NCBI GenBank assembly: GCA_965218295.1
Contig: CBDCKN010000015.1
Coordinates: 320,001 to 384,000, forward strand
DNA: 64,000 nt
From: Longimicrobiales bacterium
GTDB taxonomy: Bacteria; Gemmatimonadota; Gemmatimonadetes; Longimicrobiales; Gaopeijiaceae
Reading direction: 5' to 3'
The position numbers were made by a program, and so were the translations under genes. Every line of letters starts with the position of its first letter. Within the stretch, counting starts at the first letter, position 1. Below are positions 1 to 7,647 of this stretch, in pieces. The notes under the pieces were generated by a model. The model was given only the letters and a program-made list of their open reading frames with translations. It was not told the DNA's origin and did no database searches.

Positions 1-322
1 TTGCCGTGGCGGAGTAGGCCACCAGGAGAAGCCGGGTGAACTCCTTGGCGAGCTTGTCGTACTTCTCCTCGCTCCCGAAGATGCCGATGGCCTCGACCAC
101 CACGGCGAACATTGGAACGCCAAGTACGAAGGCGGCGAAGAGAAGGTGCACCTGTGCCGCCACCCAGATCGCGACCCGACTCCCGACCAGTGGGAAATCA
201 CCGTACTCGCGGGCAGCGACCGCGTCCTGTGCCCAAGCGACCTCAGGGAAGATGTGGAATGCGAGGCCCATCAGGCCCAGGGCTCCCAGGAGCTTCAAAG
301 CCATCCTAGGGCGCGGGCTCAC
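1..322 (-). CDS. Cytochrome bd-like oxidase subunit I (CydA-like, Nitrospira/anammox-type), 5' part; runs off window
   Basis: Not in ORF track. Manual translation from GTG 322 (GTGA overlap with radical SAM stop): MSPRPRMALKLLGALG...REYGDFPLVGSRVAIWVAAQVHLLFAAFVLGVPMFAVVVEAIG...KYDKLAKEFTRLLLVAYSATA; CydA helix-1 His (QxHxxF) and YDxLAxEF pattern. Confidence 0.75.
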   Translation of the reverse strand, partial: MSPRPRMALKLLGALGLMGLAFHIFPEVAWAQDAVAAREYGDFPLVGSRVAIWVAAQVHLLFAAFVLGVPMFAVVVEAIGIFGSEEKYDKLAKEFTRLLLVAYSATA

Positions 323-1698
323 GCCGATCCTCCCCTGCCGAGGAAGAACGGAAGCTTTTTCGAGAAGTCCACCGGAAGGCTCTTACGGACCTCGGCCATG
401 ACCTCGGTATCTACGCGGGCATATCCCTTCTCGAGGGCAAATTTTTCCACGCGGGCCGTCACTACCCCACGGACGAAGCTCGGCACTCGCTCCAGGCGGG
501 CTCGAGCCTCCGGGGACCAAGACAATTCAGACGTGGCCGGCTGACCGTATGAGACCCGATCCCCCGGACTCACCAGGGGTGCCTCGCCCGTAGGCTCGTA
601 AACGCACGAGTCGTCCGGGCCCATGAAATCGCCGCCGTCGGCATAGGCGCGGGCACGGCAACCGCCGCACACCTCGCGATACTCGCACCGGCCGCAACGC
701 CCCGAGAGGCTTCCGGATCGGAGCTCTGTGAAGACCTCAGACGTCCTCCAGATCGTCTGGAAGCTGTCCGTCATGAGGTCACCGGCCACGACGGGCATGT
801 AGGGGCAGGGAGTCACCTTCCCTTCGGGAGTGATGCGGACGTAGTGCACGCCACATGGGCATCGGGTCTCGTAGTTGAGCAGGGGCGAATCCGGATCCCC
901 CTGCAGCACATGGCGCATGAGCTGTGGCTGGCACTTGGAGCGGACCATCATCCGGCCGCGGTAGGTCCTCTCCAGCTCGACCAGCTCCTTCAAGACGTCG
1001 TCGTTCTCGGACGGCGACATCCCGCGCATGTGCTCGGCTCTCCCGGTGGGAACCACGAAGTAGACGTTGAAGGAGACGGCTCCCGCCGCCGCAGACCAGC
1101 GCGCCAGCTCGGCGATTTCATGACGGTTCCCGGTGGTCACCGTGGTCTGGATGACGAAATCGAGCTCATGGCGGGCACAGCGCTCGACGGCCGCCATGGT
1201 ATCGGCCAGTGCGCCGCCCCCGTGGCGAAAGCGATCGTGATATTCGGGCCGAAGCGAGTCGATACTCACCGCCACGCCCTTGATTCCCGCCGCCATCAAG
1301 GACTCGATGCGTTCATCGGTGAGCCCGATGCCGTTGGTCCCGACGACCACGGTCGCGCCAAGGGACGTGGCTCTCTCGGCGAGGGCCTCCAGATCGTCCC
1401 GAACCAGGGGCTCCCCACCGGTCAGGATCAGCATGGGGTTGGCATTGACCTCGAGGATCTCGCCCATGATCAGGAAGCACTGCTCCGTGGAGAGCTCCTC
1501 GGAGGCAAGGTGCCACGATCCGGCGGAGATGTAGCAGTGCGCGCACTCGAGGTTGCAGCGTTTCGTCAGATTCCAGGCGACGATGTGGGGGACGTAGCCC
1601 TCCCCCTCGCCTCCGAGCCCAGGCTCTTCCCGACCGACCGGGGCCGGCCGTGACAGTGTCGCTGCCGAGGAGCGCTTACGGTCCAGGCCGCGGATCAC
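319..1698 (-). CDS. Radical SAM/SPASM enzyme (AhbC/AhbD/NirJ-like) with C-terminal PCP_red-like domain
   Basis: WNLTKRCNLECAHC (CxxxCxxC), LILTGGEP, SPASM cysteines CPCG...PCPY...CGRCEYREVCGGCRARA...C; tail LSWSPEARARLERVPSFVRG. Start set at GTG 1698 overlapping the upstream stop. Confidence 0.88.
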   Translation of the reverse strand: MIRGLDRKRSSAATLSRPAPVGREEPGLGGEGEGYVPHIVAWNLTKRCNLECAHCYISAGSWHLASEELSTEQCFLIMGEILEVNANPMLILTGGEPLVRDDLEALAERATSLGATVVVGTNGIGLTDERIESLMAAGIKGVAVSIDSLRPEYHDRFRHGGGALADTMAAVERCARHELDFVIQTTVTTGNRHEIAELARWSAAAGAVSFNVYFVVPTGRAEHMRGMSPSENDDVLKELVELERTYRGRMMVRSKCQPQLMRHVLQGDPDSPLLNYETRCPCGVHYVRITPEGKVTPCPYMPVVAGDLMTDSFQTIWRTSEVFTELRSGSLSGRCGRCEYREVCGGCRARAYADGGDFMGPDDSCVYEPTGEAPLVSPGDRVSYGQPATSELSWSPEARARLERVPSFVRGVVTARVEKFALEKGYARVDTEVMAEVRKSLPVDFSKKLPFFLGRGGSA

Positions 1699-3860
1699 GC
1701 TTCGCCGGCCTCTTCGCTCATGAACTGCTCGATGGCGGCCTTGGCGTCGTCGGGCGAGACGGTCTTGAAGTCCACCGGACACTGGTCCGCCGCTTCCGCC
1801 ACATCGCGGATGGGGCAGCGTGTTACGCCGCTGGCCTTGGCCTCCTCGATGAACCTCCGCATCTCGGGGGTGAGGCCGTCGACTCCTTCCGCCTCCGCCC
1901 TGATCTGCTTGGTCTGGAGCTCGCGGAACATGACCAGCATGGTGTCCATGTCGAACTCGTCCGCCTCGATCATGGCCTGCTTGTTCTCGTCCATGACCGG
2001 CGTCGTCACACGCCAGAAGTCGTGCTCACGGGCGAAGCGCTCCACGGTGTTGCGGGCCAAGGGTCGGGCGATGAGAGGAACGAGCCTGAGTCGTTCGAAG
2101 GCCTCCTGGGTCCACTGGACGGGATCCCTGGCCGTTCTCTCGCGGCTCTCGACGTGTCCCGTGTAAGGACACTTCGCCGAGACCATGGGGACCTCCGGCA
2201 GCGGGTCCGCGTCCAGACCCTCCACCACCGTGCGTTTCATGGCCTCTTCGGCCTTCACCTCGGCGAGGGCGAGCTCTTCCGCGGTGCCGATGCCCATGAT
2301 CAGCTGCATATGCGTAGGCAGGAGTTTCTGGATGGCCTCGTCCAGCCGCGCGCTGGTCACCATGGGGAGGCCGTCGGCTCCCAGGGGAGGCACGGCGGCA
2401 CCCGGCTCCGCAGGGGTGTCGGCGCCGGCCGTGTCGTTCGACCCGGCACCGTTCGAGGCGCCGCCACGCTCGGCACCGTTCGAGGCGCTGCCACGCGTCG
2501 GCGTGAGCGGGTCTTCCCGATACGTGCCGTTGGCCCCGGGTCCGTAGTTGTCGAGGACGTACTCCTCCACGGCTTTGCGTGCTATGCCGAGTGCGAAGGG
2601 AGGCACGCGCAGGATTCTGACCTCCGAGTCGGGCGACCACTCCAGGCCCGTTTCGCCGTCCTCTTCGATCCACGGGATGTCGTCCGGACGGACGTCCAGA
2701 GTGCCAACGAGAAGGATGTTACCGTGGGCGAGCCTGCAAAGGTTGTCCGCCTGCGAGCCCATGTCGGTGTCTTCGATACGGTGCCCACCGTGACGTGCCA
2801 GGATCAGGAGGCTGGGCCCGATCTCTTCGATCCACTGGAGGATGCACTGGAACGGCTTTCCGACGAGGATCTGTGTCTCCACCTCCACGTCGGGGAACTC
2901 GTCGGCCATGACCTGAGCACGCTTGAGGTTGGCCTGGGCGAGCTTCAGGAGGCCCTTGTCGATGATGTTGTTGTGGAGCTCCTCCTGTTCTTCGAACTTG
3001 AACACCTTCGAGGCCTGCGCCGAAAGGATGTCCTTGATGTTGCCGAAGACGGCGTGGTGGTACTCGACGTCGAAGGCGGAGCAGACGTGGAGCTTCGCAC
3101 CGAACTCCCGGGCCAGCTCGAGTGCCAGGCGCATGGCCTTGTAGGAGTACGACGAACCGTCGACGCAGACGATCCAATTGCCGTTCTCCAGTGGCCTCTC
3201 GTCTCTGATGAGGAGGGTGTCCTTCTCGACCTCGCGGATTACCCGGGAGACCATCCCGCCCAACTGGGAGTACGGCTGCTTGCCGATGCCGTGGGCTCCG
3301 ATGACCAACAGGTCGTATTGGCGACCACTCGAGCCGGCAAGCTTCTCGTCCTGCTCTTCATCTTCGGCCACGATTCGGCCGTCCTCGCCTATCTTCATAT
3401 CGCTCCGGACCGTCGCGCCCCCGTCGTACTTGTCGGCGATGTTCGGGTCGAAGCCGATGAGGCTTGGCAGTCGTCCGCTGCCACCGTTGGCCTCACGGAT
3501 TACCTCCTCGTAATTGATTCCTTCGAGGAGCTGTCTGGTGAGGAGGACGCCTGCGGAGTCGCAGGCCTTCGCCGTCTGGTCGAGGAAAGAATCTGAGATG
3601 AGCTGGAGGCCCTTCTCGATCAGCTTGTCATGGATCTTCCTCTGTCGCTTGATCTCCTGGGCGGTCTGGAACTGGGCCGGGAGGCCGGTCTCCAGCTGTC
3701 GAAAGCGAACGTCGTGTAGGCGGGCGGCATAGACGTGGTTTCCGGTGATCCGTCCGTCGAAGCGGGAACAGACCTCGATGGCCCGGTCCACGGCCCAATA
3801 GGAATGTTGGGAGTTGTCTACTGGTACGAAGACTTCACGGTACATAAATACCTCGGGCAT
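1695..3860 (-). CDS. Tandem universal stress protein (2x USP) fused to two PCP_red-like domains, with three Cys-Pro motifs
   Basis: USP1 VFVPVDNS...LLVIGAHG...LGG; USP2 IVCVDGS...LARHG...MGS; LEWSPDSEVRILRVPPFALG and VQWTQEAFERLRLVPLIARP; KCPY, RCPI, QCPV. Start may be Met at 3845. Confidence 0.85.
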   Translation of the reverse strand: MPEVFMYREVFVPVDNSQHSYWAVDRAIEVCSRFDGRITGNHVYAARLHDVRFRQLETGLPAQFQTAQEIKRQRKIHDKLIEKGLQLISDSFLDQTAKACDSAGVLLTRQLLEGINYEEVIREANGGSGRLPSLIGFDPNIADKYDGGATVRSDMKIGEDGRIVAEDEEQDEKLAGSSGRQYDLLVIGAHGIGKQPYSQLGGMVSRVIREVEKDTLLIRDERPLENGNWIVCVDGSSYSYKAMRLALELAREFGAKLHVCSAFDVEYHHAVFGNIKDILSAQASKVFKFEEQEELHNNIIDKGLLKLAQANLKRAQVMADEFPDVEVETQILVGKPFQCILQWIEEIGPSLLILARHGGHRIEDTDMGSQADNLCRLAHGNILLVGTLDVRPDDIPWIEEDGETGLEWSPDSEVRILRVPPFALGIARKAVEEYVLDNYGPGANGTYREDPLTPTRGSASNGAERGGASNGAGSNDTAGADTPAEPGAAVPPLGADGLPMVTSARLDEAIQKLLPTHMQLIMGIGTAEELALAEVKAEEAMKRTVVEGLDADPLPEVPMVSAKCPYTGHVESRERTARDPVQWTQEAFERLRLVPLIARPLARNTVERFAREHDFWRVTTPVMDENKQAMIEADEFDMDTMLVMFRELQTKQIRAEAEGVDGLTPEMRRFIEEAKASGVTRCPIRDVAEAADQCPVDFKTVSPDDAKAAIEQFMSEEAGEA
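2444..2497. repeat. 27-bp imperfect tandem duplication inside low-complexity insert of USP protein
   Basis: cggcaccgttcgaggcgccgccacgct / cggcaccgttcgaggcgctgccacgcg (RGSASNGAE/RGGASNGAG). Confidence 0.85.
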
Positions 3861-3965
3861 AGCCCTTTAGCCGAGCGTCATAATGGGGTCGGCAGACCCC
3901 CCGCGACCCGATGTATGGTGACGTGCTTTTCAGTCTCGGGGATATCACGAATCCTACCGGGGGCC

Positions 3966-3995
3966 AGTATACCCGGCCTTTCTGAGACCTGTCAA
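3966..3995 (-). promoter_or_regulatory. Sigma70-type promoter upstream of USP-radical SAM-cydA-like genes
   Basis: Minus strand TTGACA-N18-TATACT preceded by AT-rich ATTTA in intergenic gap. Confidence 0.7.
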
Positions 3996-4083
3996 TAAAT
4001 TCGGACGGGCACTGATACCGTGTGGGAAATCCCCATGTTAATCACGGCATCGGGGCCCTGCACGCACGGTCCAATATCGTCCC

Positions 4084-4554
4084 CTACATGCCCTCCAGGC
4101 CCAACTCCGTCCGAGCCCGGTCCATGACCTCGGGCGTTATCTCGGCTACTGCGTGCTCCTTGGCCCAGTCGACGTAGATCCGCTTCACCATCCCTCGGAC
4201 GAAGCTCGGGACCTTCTGCATCCGCTCGGTCGCCTCGGGGCTCCAGAGGACCGAACCGGCCTGGGAAGCTTGCCCGGCCGGCTGTCTGGGGATGTCCTCC
4301 GACATGCCGAAGGCCTCCTCTCTCCCCCCCTCCAGAGAGCTGCGAACCAACTCGAGGGGTTGAGCGGGCACCTCTCGCCCGCCGATCTTTATCCCCAGGC
4401 TCGACACGAGCTGCGTCTCCATGGGGTTCGTGAGCATGGCCACCTCCCTCCCGCACGAACCGCAGGAGAACACGGCGGCCAGGGTGCCGTCACCAGGAAG
4501 TTGCCGCTCGGCGAAGTCCATGACGTTGTCACACTCGATGCAGAGGAACTTCAT
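4084..4554 (-). CDS. Zn-ribbon/rubredoxin-like (CxxC...CxxC) protein with C-terminal PCP_red-like domain
   Basis: MKFLCIECD...FSCGSCG; tail VLWSPEATERMQKVPSFVRGMVKRIYVDWAKEHAVAEITPEVMDRAR; ATG overlaps Mrp stop (ATGA). Confidence 0.82.
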   Translation of the reverse strand: MKFLCIECDNVMDFAERQLPGDGTLAAVFSCGSCGREVAMLTNPMETQLVSSLGIKIGGREVPAQPLELVRSSLEGGREEAFGMSEDIPRQPAGQASQAGSVLWSPEATERMQKVPSFVRGMVKRIYVDWAKEHAVAEITPEVMDRARTELGLEGM

Positions 4555-5450
4555 CGGGCGCTCCCCTCCATCGTGGCGGCGACCCTGTCTGCGAGGGCGA
4601 GGAGGGCGCGGCTGGAAGCCGCCTCCGGATCCTCCGTTACCAGAGGCGATCCCAGGTCGGTGGAGGCCCCAAGGCGTGCGTCGAAGGGAATGTCGGCCCA
4701 AAGCGGCAGGCCCGACTCCTCGGCGAGGCGTCGTGCCCCGTCCCCGCTGAACAGCTGAGACGTGTGACCGCAGGACGGGCAGACGTGCTCCGTCATATTC
4801 GCCACGAGGGCCACCGTCGAGACTTCCGCCTCGCGCGCCATCCGCACGGACTTCGACACGACAAAGCGGGCCGCCTCCGACGGCGTCGTCACGAGGAGCA
4901 TCTGGTGGAGGCCCGGGACCAGCTCGAGAAGCCGCGCGATCTTGTCCGTTCCGGGCGGTACGTCCACCAGCAGAACGTCCAGGTCACCCCAGGCCACGTC
5001 GCCAAGAAACTCCCTGAGAGCGCCGGTCTCCATGGCGCTCTGCCATATGAACCGACCGGTGGACGGCTCGCGCCAGCGAAGCGGTGCGTCCTCGTCCTGC
5101 TGGAGCAGCTCCATGGACATGACCCGGACGCCGGTTGGGCTCAGGGCCGGTTCCACACCATCTGATCGATCGACGAGGCGGGCACCGGAAACCCCCAGCA
5201 TCCGGCCCAGGGAGGGGCCGTTGAGGTCCGCGTCCGCCGCCCCGACCTCCAGCCCCCGTTGGGCCAGGGCGGCGGCCAGGTTCGCGGTGACGGCGCTCTT
5301 CCCCACCCCACCCTTGCCGCTGGCGACGGCGACCACCGATCCTACCCGGGAGAGGCGGTCCGCCAGTCGCTGGTCCAGCTCGAGCACCTGCTCGAGGAGC
5401 TGCGATCCCGTCTCGTGGGTGACCTCCGTGTACGTCCGGATCTTCCGCAT
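4551..5450 (-). CDS. mrp: Mrp/NBP35/ApbC family P-loop ATPase (Fe-S cluster carrier)
   Basis: VASGKGGVGKS, DADLNGPS, WGDLDVLLVDVPPGT, NM...CPSC. Confidence 0.9.
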   Translation of the reverse strand: MRKIRTYTEVTHETGSQLLEQVLELDQRLADRLSRVGSVVAVASGKGGVGKSAVTANLAAALAQRGLEVGAADADLNGPSLGRMLGVSGARLVDRSDGVEPALSPTGVRVMSMELLQQDEDAPLRWREPSTGRFIWQSAMETGALREFLGDVAWGDLDVLLVDVPPGTDKIARLLELVPGLHQMLLVTTPSEAARFVVSKSVRMAREAEVSTVALVANMTEHVCPSCGHTSQLFSGDGARRLAEESGLPLWADIPFDARLGASTDLGSPLVTEDPEAASSRALLALADRVAATMEGSAR

Positions 5451-5473
5451 GTTCGATTAGCAACAGTCACCGG

Positions 5474-5710
5474 CTACGGGACGAGCTGCGCTCCCTCCTC
5501 GTCCAAGGCCGTCAGAGCGTCGACCGGGCAGGACGAGCAGGCGTCGAGCAGCACCTCCCGGTCCACGGCGGGATCGCCCGTCCTGAACGCAGCGATGCCT
5601 TCGTCGTCGAGCTCGAATACATCCGGGGCGACATCGATGCAGTCGCAGAACCCCACGCACAGGTCCCGCTCGATCCGGATCGTGAGACCCGCGAGAGCAC
5701 GCTCGGAAAT
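5474..5710 (-). CDS. Small single-cluster ferredoxin; start uncertain
   Basis: IERDLCVGFCDCIDVAPDVFELDDEG...ACSSCPVDAL; no ATG/GTG close to the domain start (in-frame ATT at 5710, next ATGs at 5827-5848). Confidence 0.82.
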   Translation of the reverse strand: MSERALAGLTIRIERDLCVGFCDCIDVAPDVFELDDEGIAAFRTGDPAVDREVLLDACSSCPVDALTALDEEGAQLVP

Positions 5711-5807
5711 GTTACTCGATTCCGCTTCAGCGAAGGATGAGATGAGGAATCTGCCCGTCGGGGTGATAAGGGGGTTAACGTGTTCGGAGCCAGCCGGGCG
5801 GGCAAGG

Positions 5808-5846
5808 GGTGAGCAGCCGGTGAGCATCGGGTGACGCGTGAGCATC
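5808..5846. promoter_or_regulatory. Direct repeats GGTGAGCA with 11-bp period in divergent intergenic region (candidate regulator site)
   Basis: ggtgagca 5808, ggtgagca 5819, ggtgacgc 5830, gtgagca 5838. Confidence 0.4.
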
Positions 5847-5994
5847 ACTCATCTCCGAGTGGGTCTCGGGATGCGAACACCCATACCGTGGCGGGGTAGT
5901 CCGTGGCCGTTCCAGAACACCTGGTGCGGGCGCGCGGCTGATTACGGGTGCACGTCCGAGATGGGCGGACACGTTTCGTTACGGAGAGTCGCAC

Positions 5995-6717
5995 ATGAGA
6001 GGTGTGATCCTCGGTCTCACGAGCCTCATCCTGATCGCCGTTCCCGCTTCTGGGCAGGAGAAGAGCTGGTCGGCCAAGACCGAGCTCGGGGCGAATGTCT
6101 TCTTCGGCAACACCAGTCAGTTGGCAATGACCACCTCCCTCGCGGGGACTCTGGAGCGGGGCAGTCTCGGTCTGGCCGGCCGGACCAACTTCGCGTATGG
6201 GGAGGCCAGCACCTCGGAGGGTGACAACTTCGTGAACAAGCGAGCGTGGGACGCGGCTCTGGACGTGAACTTCCATCCGGGGAGCGCCCTGAACGGCTTC
6301 GTGCGGGGGAAGATCGACCTCCGTTATAACGCTGGCGCCGGTGCGCGGTACCAGTTCGGATCCGGCGATGACACGCAGGCCGAGCTGAGCCTCGCCGTGA
6401 TCGGCGAGAAGACGATTCCGCGTGAAGGTGCCGGCGAAGAGGAGGGCGTGGTCGGGAAGTGGTCTGCCCGGTTCAAGCTCGTCAGGGGTGCCGGCGGGGG
6501 TCGGCTACGATTCGAGAGCGACACCGTGTACGAGCCCGAGGCGTCGGACCTCTCCGTCTATACCCTGACATCCCGCAACAGCTTCGCGCTCCGGCTCAAC
6601 GAACGAATCACCGTGCAGCTCTCCTTTGTGGACGCGTTCGATACCGAGGCCGTCGACCGCGGTGCCCGATCCAACAACGACGGTCAGCTATTTTTCAGCT
6701 TGGTCGGCACGTTCTGA
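5995..6717 (+). CDS. DUF481-like outer membrane beta-barrel protein
   Basis: Signal peptide, ELGANVFFGNTS, alternating beta-strand pattern, C-terminal Phe. Confidence 0.75.
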   Translation: MRGVILGLTSLILIAVPASGQEKSWSAKTELGANVFFGNTSQLAMTTSLAGTLERGSLGLAGRTNFAYGEASTSEGDNFVNKRAWDAALDVNFHPGSALNGFVRGKIDLRYNAGAGARYQFGSGDDTQAELSLAVIGEKTIPREGAGEEEGVVGKWSARFKLVRGAGGGRLRFESDTVYEPEASDLSVYTLTSRNSFALRLNERITVQLSFVDAFDTEAVDRGARSNNDGQLFFSLVGTF

Positions 6718-6759
6718 CCGGCTCGGCTCCGCGCTGCCACCGTCGCAGCCGGCCGCCGG

Positions 6760-7636
6760 TCAGGCCTCTCCGGGCGGCAGCACGAGGGTGCCCTCCGCCA
6801 CCGTCGGCGTGTCCGATGAGATGGATCCGCTCACCCGCAACCCGCACTCGCAGCCGTCCACGACGGCGGCCGCCCTGTCGGGCCGTGAACTCGGCTCTTC
6901 CGAGCACTCCGGCCCAGTAGGGTCCCAGCGCCGTGTGGGCAACGCCGGTCACGGGATCCTCGTCGATACCGGCCCACGGTGCGAAGACGCGTGATGCCAC
7001 GTCTACCTCGTCGGTGACCGCAGCCGCTATAGCACCTGCTCCCCCGGAGCCGTTGGCCGCTCCGCCCGGGGCCGTGACGGACAACACGATCACATCCTCA
7101 CCCAGGTCGATTCTGCCCAGCGCCGAGAAGTTCGGTGCGAGCCCGTCGACGACATCCCGGCTGGCGACCCGGACGATGTAGTTCAGGGAGCCCGACAGAC
7201 ACGTCACCGCCTCCATGAGGCGGAGGGCCGCCAGCACGTCGTCGCGGGGCTCGACCACCGTGCACTCGTCCGACGGAAAGTCGAGGCGTAGGGCCCCGTC
7301 CGGCTCGACGTGGACGATCAGAGGACCACTTGCGGAGCTGAAGCGGTAGGGAGGGGTGTGGCCCAACGACCGGAGGACGTGTCCGCTGGCCAGGGTGGCG
7401 TGGCCGCAGAGAGGAACCTCCGTCGTCGGAGTGAACCAGCGGAGTCGACGTACGCCGGAGTCATCGGGAGCCTCGACGAAGGCGGTCTCGGAGAGGTTCA
7501 TCTCCGAGGCCACCGCCTGCATGGCGTGAGGGCTCAAAGGCCGTTCGACGAGGCAGACAGCGGCGGGGTTTCCTTGATAGGGCACGTCCGTGAAGGCGTC
7601 GACCTGCCGGTAAAGAAGTCCGACCTGCTTCGACAC
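6760..7636 (-). pseudogene. PhzF/diaminopimelate epimerase-like protein with frameshift near the C-terminus
   Basis: QVDAFT...GNPAAV, MNLSETAF, EVPLCGHATLA, EDPVTG; expected tail IGHA(V)TVAEGTL continues in another frame after about 6805 (gcc g acg gtg). Confidence 0.75.
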
Positions 7637-7647
7637 GGGGCCAGCTC

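Noticed and set aside
319..1698. RiPP maturase interpretation of the SPASM enzyme
   Set aside because: No precursor peptide, PqqD/RRE domain, peptidase or exporter nearby; motifs and context fit Ahb/NirJ-like enzymes better, though not formally excluded
1650..3596. Long antisense and alternate-frame ORFs (e.g. 1650-3596 +, 18195-19400 -, 39548-41002 -, 42793-44664 -, 54066-55415 -)
   Set aside because: Shadows of well-supported genes in high-GC DNA; no recognisable motifs
4020..4046. Rex or FNR/CRP site upstream of the internal promoter (tgtgggaaatccccat)
   Set aside because: Too many mismatches to either consensus
6295..6330. Possible short in-frame deletion in the DUF481 gene (FVRGKIDLRY looks compressed)
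   Set aside because: Cannot be established without an alignment; frame is intact
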